DNA of 32,000 nt from contig CP060262.1 of assembly GCA_022646745.1 (NCBI GenBank), forward strand, positions 2,640,001 to 2,672,000, read 5' to 3'. Made by a program: the position numbers and the translations under genes. Under the pieces are notes generated by a model, which made no database searches, was not told the DNA's origin, and saw only the letters and a list, made by a program, of their open reading frames with translations. This DNA comes from Planctomycetales bacterium (GTDB lineage: Bacteria > 4484-113 > JAFGCY01). Of this stretch, positions 25,070 through 32,000 are shown piece after piece. Within the stretch, counting starts at the first letter, position 1. Every line of letters begins with the position of its first letter.

Positions 25070-25918
25070 ATGGTCAAGTACACTGATCTCGATTCTGAAA
25101 GCAACCTCTCGGCCGAGGCTGACTACATCCACAGCAAGGATGACTACATCAAGTTCCTCGACACGCTTTACAGCGTGGAAGGGATAGACCTGAGCCTGTA
25201 CAAGCAGAACCAGCTGCGCCGCAGGCTGAACCACATCGTGCGCAAGACTCCCTGCAAGACCTATGTGGAATACCTCACCCAGATCCGCAAGGATGAAGAG
25301 GAGTACAGAAGCTTCATCGACCGCATCACAATCAACGTGAGCAACTTCTTCCGCAACGCTGAGAAGTTCGACATCCTTGAGCGCGATTACCTGAAGCCGC
25401 TGATCAAGACCCGCCGGGAGGCCACGCTCTGGAGTGCCGGCTGCAGCACCGGTGATGAACCCTATACCCTTGCGATCATGCTTGAGGAGAACAATGCCCC
25501 GAGCGGCTTCAAGGTGCTGGGCTGGGATTTCGACAAGAATGCTCTTGCCAAGGCCCGTGAAGGAATCTATCCGGCGGAACGGCTCAAGGAATCCCCCAAG
25601 GGAGTCGTTGAGAAGTACTTTGACAAGCTGCCGGACGGAAATTACCAGGTCAAGCAGTTTGTCCGTAACCGCGTCCGCTTTGAGCAGCACAACCTGCTGG
25701 AGGACCGCTTTCCGTCCAACATGGACATCATCCTGTGCCGCAATGTGGTGATCTATTTCCGCGACCAGGCCAAGCGGGAACTGTTCATCAGATTCTCCAA
25801 GGCACTCGCGAGGCACGGTGTGCTGATGATCGGCGGCAGCGAGCGGATCCCTAACACTGAGGAAGCCGGCCTGATTTCGCTCAAGACCTATTTCTACGGC
25901 AGGTCCGACCGCGAATAA
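25070..25918 (+). CDS. cheR: chemotaxis protein methyltransferase
   Basis: LWSAGCSTGDEPYTLAIML (SAM-binding motif), ILCRNVVIYF, and an N-terminal CheR helical domain. AGGAAG SD upstream. Confidence 0.9.
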   Translation: MVKYTDLDSESNLSAEADYIHSKDDYIKFLDTLYSVEGIDLSLYKQNQLRRRLNHIVRKTPCKTYVEYLTQIRKDEEEYRSFIDRITINVSNFFRNAEKFDILERDYLKPLIKTRREATLWSAGCSTGDEPYTLAIMLEENNAPSGFKVLGWDFDKNALAKAREGIYPAERLKESPKGVVEKYFDKLPDGNYQVKQFVRNRVRFEQHNLLEDRFPSNMDIILCRNVVIYFRDQAKRELFIRFSKALARHGVLMIGGSERIPNTEEAGLISLKTYFYGRSDRE

Positions 25919-26024
25919 TCCCGACCCGCATTGTTCCCGTCCGTGGCAGTCCGTGATTCATCATGGATAATACTCTTGCGCAGCCCCCACAACCAATCCC
26001 ACTGGGCCTGCGCGAGGTAGAACA

Positions 26025-27866
26025 GTGGATGAGAACCAGTTGAACGGCAGCGAGCAGCAGCAGGAACACGAGGGCGATTACCGCGAGATCAAGCTGCAAA
26101 AGCTCAGGGAGCTGCAGGCGGCGGGCAATGACCCGTTCAGGCATGTGCGCTACGACCGCAAGGAATGCAGCAGCGCAGTGCTGTTGATGTTCACTCAGTT
26201 CGAGGGCCGGGACGTCAACCTGTCCGGCCGCCTGGTCGCGAAACGAATCCATGGCAAGGCAGGCTTTGCTGACCTGCAGGATGAAAGCGGCCGGATCCAG
26301 CTCTACTTCAAGAAGGACGTGATCGGCGAGGAAGCCTTCGAGCTGTACAAGCTGCTGGACCTTGGCGACATAATCGGTGTCAAGGGCAAGGTGTTCCGCA
26401 CGCGCACGGAGCAGATCTCGATCGAGGTCCATGAGTTCACGCTGCTGTCAAAGATCCTGCAGACCCTGCCGGAGAAGTTCCACGGCCTGACGGATGTGGA
26501 CCAGCGCTACCGCCAGCGTTACGTTGACCTGATCGTCAACCGTGAGGTGCTAACCCGCCTGCGCAACCGCAGCAAGGCAATCAGCGAGATCCGCCGCTTC
26601 CTTGACGGCAAGGGTTTCCTCGAGGTGGAGACCCCGGTGCTGCATGCAACCGCGGGCGGTGCCACCGCTGAGACGTTCAAGACGCACTGGAACGTGCTGA
26701 AGGCTGATTACCACCTGCGCATCGCGCTGGAGCTGCACCTCAAGCGACTGATCGTGGGCGGCTTCGAGCGGGTCTATGAGATCGGCCGCGTGTTCCGCAA
26801 CGAGGGACTGTCAACCAGGCACAACCCAGAGTTCACGATGCTTGAGCTCTATGAGGCCTATGTCGACTACACGGACATCATGAAGCTGACCGAGGAACTC
26901 GTGCGCCGCCTGGCGGATGCCGTGTTCAAGGTCAAGGAAGTGCAGTACGGCGAGTACTTGCTGGACTTCAGTAAGCCCTTTGCCAAGATCACCTTCAACG
27001 AGGCGATGGAGAAGTGGGCCGGTGTCGGGCTGGACAAGCTGCGCACGCTTGAGGATGTCAAGCGCGAGGCCAAGCGCCTCGGCATCAAGCTGCCCGAGGA
27101 CCGCGGATTCGAGGCCTGCCTGGATGAGATCTTCAAGGAGAAGGTTGAGCCAAACCTGATCCAGCCGACATTCATCTATGACTATCCGAAGGGACTGTCT
27201 CCGCTGGCCAAGAGCCATCCTGACATCCCGGAACTGACATACCGCTTCGAGCTGTTCATTGCCACGATGGAAATGGCCAACTCCTTCAGCGAGCTGAACG
27301 ACCCGCTGGAGCAGCGCGAGCGCTTCGAGGACCAGATCCGCGACCGTGTGCCGGATGAGCTGCTGGCGGACTGCCTGGCGGAGAAGCAGCAGTACGAGCA
27401 GGGACAGGCTGAGGGCAAGGTGCTGCTTGGTGACAAGGCGCAGCAGGCGCTGGAGCAGTTCGAGCAGCTGGTCAATTGGCTGTCCGGCAATGAAGGCAAC
27501 AAGAAGGCCGGATTTGACGACATGCCGGAGAGCGGGCTCGTGCCCTGGCTGATTGAGTTCAGCGAGGCCCTTGCACTGGTCGGCCTGCGCCATCCGCGCC
27601 TGCAGTCCGTCACGACCGGAGCGCGCATGCTGCGCCGCATCGCCGCGGATTACGACATGCCGGGCCGCAAAGAGCTGCTGGCGGCCTTCGAGCGCTCAGA
27701 TGAGTATGCCTCGGCTGAGCTTGATGAGGACTTCCTCAATGCACTGGAATACGCCATGCCGCCGACCGGTGGTCTGGGCATCGGCATTGACCGCCTGATC
27801 ATGGTGCTCAGTGGCACTCCCGCGATCCGCGAAGTGATTGCCTTCCCGCAGCTGAAGGGGAAATAG
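26025..27866 (+). CDS. lysS: class II lysyl-tRNA synthetase with an internal insertion of about 110 aa
   Basis: GAGG lies 7 nt before GTG 26025. OB-fold RLVAKRIHGKAGFADLQDESGRIQLY, RYRQRYVDLIVN, motif 2 YEIGRVFRNEGLSTRHNPEFTMLELYEAY, motif 3 PPTGGLGIGIDRLIMVL. At 613 aa it is well above the roughly 500 aa I recall for typical bacterial LysS. Confidence 0.9.
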   Translation: MDENQLNGSEQQQEHEGDYREIKLQKLRELQAAGNDPFRHVRYDRKECSSAVLLMFTQFEGRDVNLSGRLVAKRIHGKAGFADLQDESGRIQLYFKKDVIGEEAFELYKLLDLGDIIGVKGKVFRTRTEQISIEVHEFTLLSKILQTLPEKFHGLTDVDQRYRQRYVDLIVNREVLTRLRNRSKAISEIRRFLDGKGFLEVETPVLHATAGGATAETFKTHWNVLKADYHLRIALELHLKRLIVGGFERVYEIGRVFRNEGLSTRHNPEFTMLELYEAYVDYTDIMKLTEELVRRLADAVFKVKEVQYGEYLLDFSKPFAKITFNEAMEKWAGVGLDKLRTLEDVKREAKRLGIKLPEDRGFEACLDEIFKEKVEPNLIQPTFIYDYPKGLSPLAKSHPDIPELTYRFELFIATMEMANSFSELNDPLEQRERFEDQIRDRVPDELLADCLAEKQQYEQGQAEGKVLLGDKAQQALEQFEQLVNWLSGNEGNKKAGFDDMPESGLVPWLIEFSEALALVGLRHPRLQSVTTGARMLRRIAADYDMPGRKELLAAFERSDEYASAELDEDFLNALEYAMPPTGGLGIGIDRLIMVLSGTPAIREVIAFPQLKGK

Positions 27867-27895
27867 GCATTCCCGGCATCTTCACATTGCATGGA

Positions 27896-27901
27896 TAGAA
27901 T
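27896..27901 (+). promoter_or_regulatory. candidate -10 box TAGAAT, 8 nt upstream of the CHAD-1 ATG (leaderless geometry)
   Basis: TAGAAT, then tagcgtcg, then ATG 27910, with no SD. Confidence 0.35.
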
Positions 27902-27909
27902 TAGCGTCG

Positions 27910-28467
27910 ATGTCTGACAGCAACGACAGCAATACGGCGGGAATACCGGACTTCAGTGTTCCGGTGTTTCCTGCCGTGCTTGATTCCCCGCCTGATCCTG
28001 ACGGCCAGCTCGGACCCTGGTGCCAGTACATCCTCTTGCGCTACATGCAGGACCTGCTGGCCCAGCGCGAAGTGGTCTGGCGCAATGAGCAGAAGGAAGG
28101 GGTGCACCAGATCCGGGTCGCCGCCCGCCGCCTGCGCACAGCCCTGCAGACATTCAGTGCATTTTGGGAGCCTTCCGTTGTCAAGCGCCACACACGCTAC
28201 CTGGCGGACTTTGCCGACACCTTCGGCATCGCCCGCGACCTGGATGTGATGATCATCTACCTCGAGGGGCAGCTGCACGGTGCGCACCGTGAACGGCGTG
28301 CCGCGCTGATGTGGATGCTGGAGCGCAAGCGCAGGCTGCGGCTTGAGCAGCAGCCGGAACTGGAGGAAGTGTTACGTCAGTTCGAGACTGACCGCTACGC
28401 CCACGACTTTGTTGACTACTTCTCCAGCAAGCCATTCGACCTTAAGGGTGGGGAGGTCAGCCAGTGA
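27910..28467 (+). CDS. CHAD domain protein 1
   Basis: VHQIRVAARRLRTALQTF...FGIARDLDV is the CHAD H-x2-R-x3-RRLR ... D-x-DV signature. Confidence 0.75.
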   Translation: MSDSNDSNTAGIPDFSVPVFPAVLDSPPDPDGQLGPWCQYILLRYMQDLLAQREVVWRNEQKEGVHQIRVAARRLRTALQTFSAFWEPSVVKRHTRYLADFADTFGIARDLDVMIIYLEGQLHGAHRERRAALMWMLERKRRLRLEQQPELEEVLRQFETDRYAHDFVDYFSSKPFDLKGGEVSQ

Positions 28468-29078
28468 AGGCGAAACAGATAGACAGCCTGCTTGCCGGCC
28501 AGCCGCTGCGTTCCCAGCTGCCGGACATCTTCGTGATCCGCATGAACGAGCTGTGGGACCTCATCCGCCACATGCGCTTTGAGGACAGGGTGCATGAGCT
28601 GCATGACATGCGGATTGCGGCCAAGCGCCTGCGCTACTGCTTTGAATTCTTCGAGCCCCTGTTCGGCCCTGATTTCAAGGCGCACCTGAAGCAGTTCAAG
28701 CAATTGCAGGACCTGCTCGGGGAGATCCATGACTGCGATGTCTGGGTGGACTACCTGCGTAGCGAGCTGAAACTGGCAATGCAGGAGCTAGGCACCCTGC
28801 GGCGCGAGCTGGACCAGCACGTCGGTGCCAGCCAGGGCCTGAGTGAGAGTGCCCGCCGGATGGACGAGCAGTACCGCGAGGGACCGGTCAGCGGCCTGCT
28901 GCGGATGCTCACTGAACTCACACAGCGCCGTCGCGAGCTCTACCAGCAACTTCTGATATTCTGGCAGGGGCTGGAGGATGAAGGGTTCCAGCAGAAGCTG
29001 GCCCGTGACGTGGCTGATGCGTCGTCCCGGCCTGAGCGGACCGAAAGCGGGGAACAACCCCGTCCGGAGGATTCATAA
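28464..29078 (+). CDS. CHAD domain protein 2
   Basis: GTG 28464 overlaps the upstream stop (GTGA). GGGAGG lies 7 nt upstream. LHDMRIAAKRLRYCFEFF...LGEIHDCDV is a second complete CHAD signature. Confidence 0.75.
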   Translation: MKAKQIDSLLAGQPLRSQLPDIFVIRMNELWDLIRHMRFEDRVHELHDMRIAAKRLRYCFEFFEPLFGPDFKAHLKQFKQLQDLLGEIHDCDVWVDYLRSELKLAMQELGTLRRELDQHVGASQGLSESARRMDEQYREGPVSGLLRMLTELTQRRRELYQQLLIFWQGLEDEGFQQKLARDVADASSRPERTESGEQPRPEDS

Positions 29079-30028
29079 TGGCAATCAGGGCAGCCCTGGA
29101 TGTCGGCAGCAACTCCATCAAGCTGCTGGTGCTTGATGTCGCCGAGGACCGCAGCTACAAGGTGATAACAGATGAGTCGGTCGTCACCGGACTTGGCCGC
29201 AACCTGACCCCCGGTTCAGCGCTGGATGCAGAGTCATGTGCCAACTCGATTGATGTTGTGCGCCAGTTCGCCGCAAGGGCTCGCGACCTGGGTGCCGAGG
29301 AAATCGTCGGCGCCGGTACGGCCGCAATGCGCCGGGCCGGCAACGGCAAGCAGTTCATCATGGAAATGAACCAGTCCACCGGGCTTGACATCCGCATCAT
29401 CAGTGGCGAGCGCGAGGCTGCGATTGCGAGTGAAGTCGCGATGCGCGAGATCCCCGGTGAGCATGAGCATGTTGTGCTTTTCGATACCGGTGGCGGAAGC
29501 ACGGAACTGAGCTGGTTCCATGACGGCCGCCTGGAAGGCGACAGCTCGATTGCTCTCGGCGCCCGCTACCTAACAGATGAGCTGGAGATTACTCATCCGG
29601 TCGGCGATGGTATGCGCGAGCGGATCAGCAACTATGTACTTTCCAAGCTGCCGGATAACGCCGTCGGCCCGCACCGTGGTGGTGAACTGGTGGCAGGTGC
29701 TGTGACCCTGGCAGGACTGGGCGGCACAGCCAGCCTGATAGTCTGGCTGATGCAGGGCCTGCGCAGCGAGGAGAAGAGTGATCCGCACCTCAAGGTAGTG
29801 ACCTCAGCCCAGCTGGCGCTCCTGCTGGAGCGGATGGCCCGCATGGACCTGGAAGCGGTGCGCAGCATGAAGAACATGAACCCGGACCGGGCCACGGTCG
29901 TCTTTGCCGGGGTGAGCATCATTCGCGGGCTGCTCAGGCATTACGGGGTGGAATCCTTCATCCTGACCGACCGCGGACTGCGCTACGGCCTGCTGCTGAG
30001 TGACATCATGCAGCCCTCCGGTGCTTGA
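29078..30028 (+). CDS. ppx: Ppx/GppA family phosphatase, short two-domain form (exopolyphosphatase-like)
   Basis: ALDVGSNSIKLLV, ...GTAAMRRA..., ...DTGGGSTEL are the ASKHA / Ppx-GppA motifs. GGAGG lies 7 nt upstream. The ATG overlaps the CHAD-2 stop (TAATG). Confidence 0.85.
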   Translation: MAIRAALDVGSNSIKLLVLDVAEDRSYKVITDESVVTGLGRNLTPGSALDAESCANSIDVVRQFAARARDLGAEEIVGAGTAAMRRAGNGKQFIMEMNQSTGLDIRIISGEREAAIASEVAMREIPGEHEHVVLFDTGGGSTELSWFHDGRLEGDSSIALGARYLTDELEITHPVGDGMRERISNYVLSKLPDNAVGPHRGGELVAGAVTLAGLGGTASLIVWLMQGLRSEEKSDPHLKVVTSAQLALLLERMARMDLEAVRSMKNMNPDRATVVFAGVSIIRGLLRHYGVESFILTDRGLRYGLLLSDIMQPSGA

Positions 30029-30053
30029 CGCAGGGGCGGGTGCAAAATAGAAT
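30025..30053 (+). promoter_or_regulatory. sigma70-like promoter TTGACG-N17-TAGAAT for the downstream lipoprotein gene
   Basis: TTGACG at 30025-30030 overlaps the ppx stop. An exact 17-nt spacer separates it from TAGAAT at 30048-30053. The predicted leader of about 35 nt contains GAGGAAGG. Confidence 0.5.
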
Positions 30054-30095
30054 TGCACTCTCAACGGAACTCTTTGAGGAAGGCGTGAAAACGGG

Positions 30096-30815
30096 ATGAC
30101 ATCTAAAGTTACGGTGCTGCTGCTCCTTGCATGGATGCTGCTTGTGGCGGGCTGCGGCTCGGGAAACCGCATCGATACGGTCGGTGACGGCCCGGGCGGC
30201 GGGCATGACATCCCCCTGATCCCCGAAGTCGACTGGCCGACCATTGACCTGTTCAATACAGGCGTGGAAAGCGGCGGGATCACCACCTTCCCGGACGAGG
30301 GCAAGTTCCTCGGTGACGGTAATGACCTGTCCCTCACCGCGACCTCCACACCCGTCACGATCGTGATCCGCGACAACACCTTCTTCAGCGGTGTCGAGCA
30401 GATCTACGACACCGACGGCAATGGCATCATGGACTACATTAACATCAGCGTGCGCGCGGTCAGCGCACAGGCAGCGGCGAGCCTCGATAACAATGTGAGC
30501 CTCAATGCGAACAACTTCTTCAAGGGCGGCGCGATCCTGATCGAGCCCTATGACACGAATGTGAGTGTGGCCTCCCAGGTCACGATCCCGATCAACAGCA
30601 CCACTGCATTCTCAACTGCAGATTACGCCCTGTTCCGCTGGAACGGCAACTACAAGGCTCCCAGCTCAGACATCGGAACCGATGTCGGCGTCTGGGAGTT
30701 CGTGAATGTCCCCGTCACCAACAACGGTGATAACACCGTGACCTTTGACATTTCACGTTATGGCGAGTACTGTGTGGTCGTGTCCCACGACCAGGGTGGC
30801 GGCAGCTCCCTCTAG
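30096..30815 (+). CDS. hypothetical lipoprotein
   Basis: MTSKVTVLLLLAWMLLVAGC (lipobox), then a Thr/Asn/Val/Gly-rich, beta-looking sequence. I recognise no family. Confidence 0.7.
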   Translation: MTSKVTVLLLLAWMLLVAGCGSGNRIDTVGDGPGGGHDIPLIPEVDWPTIDLFNTGVESGGITTFPDEGKFLGDGNDLSLTATSTPVTIVIRDNTFFSGVEQIYDTDGNGIMDYINISVRAVSAQAAASLDNNVSLNANNFFKGGAILIEPYDTNVSVASQVTIPINSTTAFSTADYALFRWNGNYKAPSSDIGTDVGVWEFVNVPVTNNGDNTVTFDISRYGEYCVVVSHDQGGGSSL

Positions 30816-30829
30816 GCAGCGGCGCATAC

Positions 30830-30835
30830 TAGAAT
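30830..30835 (+). promoter_or_regulatory. candidate -10 box TAGAAT, 6 nt upstream of ATG 30842 (leaderless geometry)
   Basis: TAGAAT, then agtctg, then ATG, with no SD. Confidence 0.4.
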
Positions 30836-30841
30836 AGTCTG

Positions 30842-32000
30842 ATGCGCCGGGTCGCTCCAGTCCTCATCTCAGCCCTGCTGGCAATAGCCGCACTGGTTCC
30901 TGCCGCAGCCAGTGAGGATACCCAGGTCGATGGCGTGAGCGGACTGCTGTTCACTCCGACTGCCGAAGTGGTCAATGAAGGTCGTGCGGTCTTCACCTGG
31001 AGCCGCCACCTCAACACCACGATCCGCACCAACGGGGAGTTCTTTGAGCGCAGCTATGCGATGACGCTCGGCTACCTGCCGAATGTCGAAGTCGGCATGC
31101 GCTTCGCCGACTTCCCCGACCTGCCGGACAGCAACAACTCCACGAACTTCCAGGACCGCAGCATCAGTGCCAAGCTGCAGCTGTTCAATGAGGACGGCTG
31201 GCAGGGTGCCGTCGGTGCGATCGATCTCGCCGGCGACAGCCAGACCAATGAGGCGATGTACGGCGTGCTGGGCTACAACGGCATTGAGGACCTGGAACTG
31301 AGCGCAGGCTACGGCACTGACAAGCTGGACGGCTTCTTCGGCGGTGCGCGCTGGAGCCCCTTCGACCAGGCCAGCCTGGTCGGTGAATTTGTCAACGACC
31401 AGTTCAACTACGGCCTCGAGGTCCGGCCGCTGAAGGGCCTGACGCTGAAGGCCGGGCGCATCAATGAGGACGACGCCTACCAGGGCAGCTACTCCTTCCC
31501 GCTGGACCCGCGCGGCCAGGAACTGATCTGCTGCCCGGTCGCCATCGAGCGCTGTGAATGCCTTGCCACGGAACCATGTGACATCGCCGCCCAGGTGCGT
31601 GATGCACTGGTGGCTGAGTCATTTGAGAACGTGCTCGTCGGCACCGATGGCGACACGCTGGTGATCGAATACGAGAACCGCCGCTTCCGCGAACAGGTGG
31701 ACGGCCTGGCGGTGGCGGCATTGACGGCGGCGACCCACAGTGGCACAGGCATCACGCGCGTGGTGATCTCTCCGAAGCTTGAGGACGTGCCGCAGATGAG
31801 CTTCATCGCGGACATGGATGAGCTGCTCACCTTCCTTGAGGACCCGGCAGGCAGTTGCCAGAACTTCCTCAGTGTGCCGTACCGCTACAACATGTGCCCG
31901 GCGGACACCGTGTTTGCCAGTGAGGGCAACAAGCGGCCAGGCGCACTCGACGTGTCCGTGCGACCGACAAACAGCTTTGTGATCGCATCTCCATTCCAGC
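30842..32000 (+). CDS. YjbH-like outer-membrane protein (exopolysaccharide / group-4-capsule-type), 3' end cut by the window edge
   Basis: Absent from the ORF track because no stop is reached. My translation is MRRVAPVLISALLAIAALVPAAA (signal peptide), then SGLLFTPTAEVVNEGRAVF...LGYLPNVEVGMRFADF...QDRSISAKLQLFNEDGWQGAVGAIDLAGD...GFFGGARWSP. This follows the YjbH/GfcD N-terminal pattern as I remember it. Confidence 0.6.
   Translation, partial: MRRVAPVLISALLAIAALVPAAASEDTQVDGVSGLLFTPTAEVVNEGRAVFTWSRHLNTTIRTNGEFFERSYAMTLGYLPNVEVGMRFADFPDLPDSNNSTNFQDRSISAKLQLFNEDGWQGAVGAIDLAGDSQTNEAMYGVLGYNGIEDLELSAGYGTDKLDGFFGGARWSPFDQASLVGEFVNDQFNYGLEVRPLKGLTLKAGRINEDDAYQGSYSFPLDPRGQELICCPVAIERCECLATEPCDIAAQVRDALVAESFENVLVGTDGDTLVIEYENRRFREQVDGLAVAALTAATHSGTGITRVVISPKLEDVPQMSFIADMDELLTFLEDPAGSCQNFLSVPYRYNMCPADTVFASEGNKRPGALDVSVRPTNSFVIASPFQ

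Noticed and set aside
24983-25816. 277-aa ORF antisense to cheR
   Set aside because: The sense frame has the CheR SAM-binding motif and an SD. The antisense translation has no motif and would leave no room for the flgF promoter.
26811-27593. 260-aa ORF antisense to lysS, covering the insertion region
   Set aside because: I considered that the LysRS insert might hide an opposite-strand gene. However, the lysS frame stays open with consistent codon usage through the insert, and the antisense product is Leu/Gln/Val low-complexity.
28440-28480. CHAD-1 / CHAD-2 junction as a frameshift splitting one gene (pseudogene)
   Set aside because: Each ORF contains its own complete HxxRxxxRRLR...DxDV signature. 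The second ORF has a well-spaced GGGAGG SD and a GTGA coupling overlap. This is more consistent with two genuine genes, though read-level verification is still advisable.
1-32000. Whole-window search for CRISPR repeats, IS elements, integrases, phage genes, toxin-antitoxin pairs and rRNA/tRNA
   Set aside because: I saw no regularly spaced direct repeats, no transposase, recombinase or phage-like ORFs, and no structured RNA genes. The composition looks uniform apart from short AT-rich promoter spacers.

Overview
GC-rich (about 60% by eye), very tightly packed bacterial chromosomal window. I count 31 protein-coding genes. I found no rRNA, tRNA, CRISPR array, transposase or integrase.

Gene order, left to right:
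- 5'-truncated SIR2-like/TPR fusion protein
- membrane-anchored coiled-coil protein (-)
- CinA-like MoCF-domain protein
- recX (-), cca, hisS (-)
- three tandem paralogous lipoproteins, each ending in a CxxCH cytochrome-c-like module
- cytochrome b5-like/DUF2231 membrane protein
- a 55-aa rubredoxin that the ORF track misses
- mutM
- a split indolepyruvate:ferredoxin oxidoreductase (iorA, stand-alone ferredoxin, iorB)
- AhpD/CMD-like protein
- REC-HK-REC hybrid kinase (-) and a lipoprotein (-)
- mpg
- flgF-flgG-flgA-flgH-flgI (-)
- cheR, lysS (with a large internal insertion)
- two CHAD-domain genes coupled to a short Ppx/GppA
- a lipoprotein and a 3'-truncated YjbH-like outer-membrane protein

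The L- and P-ring genes indicate a diderm flagellate. Rubredoxin and IOR suggest an anaerobic lifestyle. I cannot assign a taxon from this window.

Best candidates for something new:
1. The lipoprotein triplet (8.0-11.8 kb), built as unknown domain + 0/1/3 Ig-like repeats + C-terminal haem-c motif.
2. The SIR2-TPR protein at the left edge, whose architecture resembles single-gene SIR2 defence proteins.
3. An insertion of about 110 aa in the LysRS catalytic core.
4. A recurrent TA(G/T)AAT box 7-12 nt upstream of start codons that lack a Shine-Dalgarno, implying leaderless mRNAs.

All family assignments come from motif recognition by eye. No HMM or BLAST search could be run.
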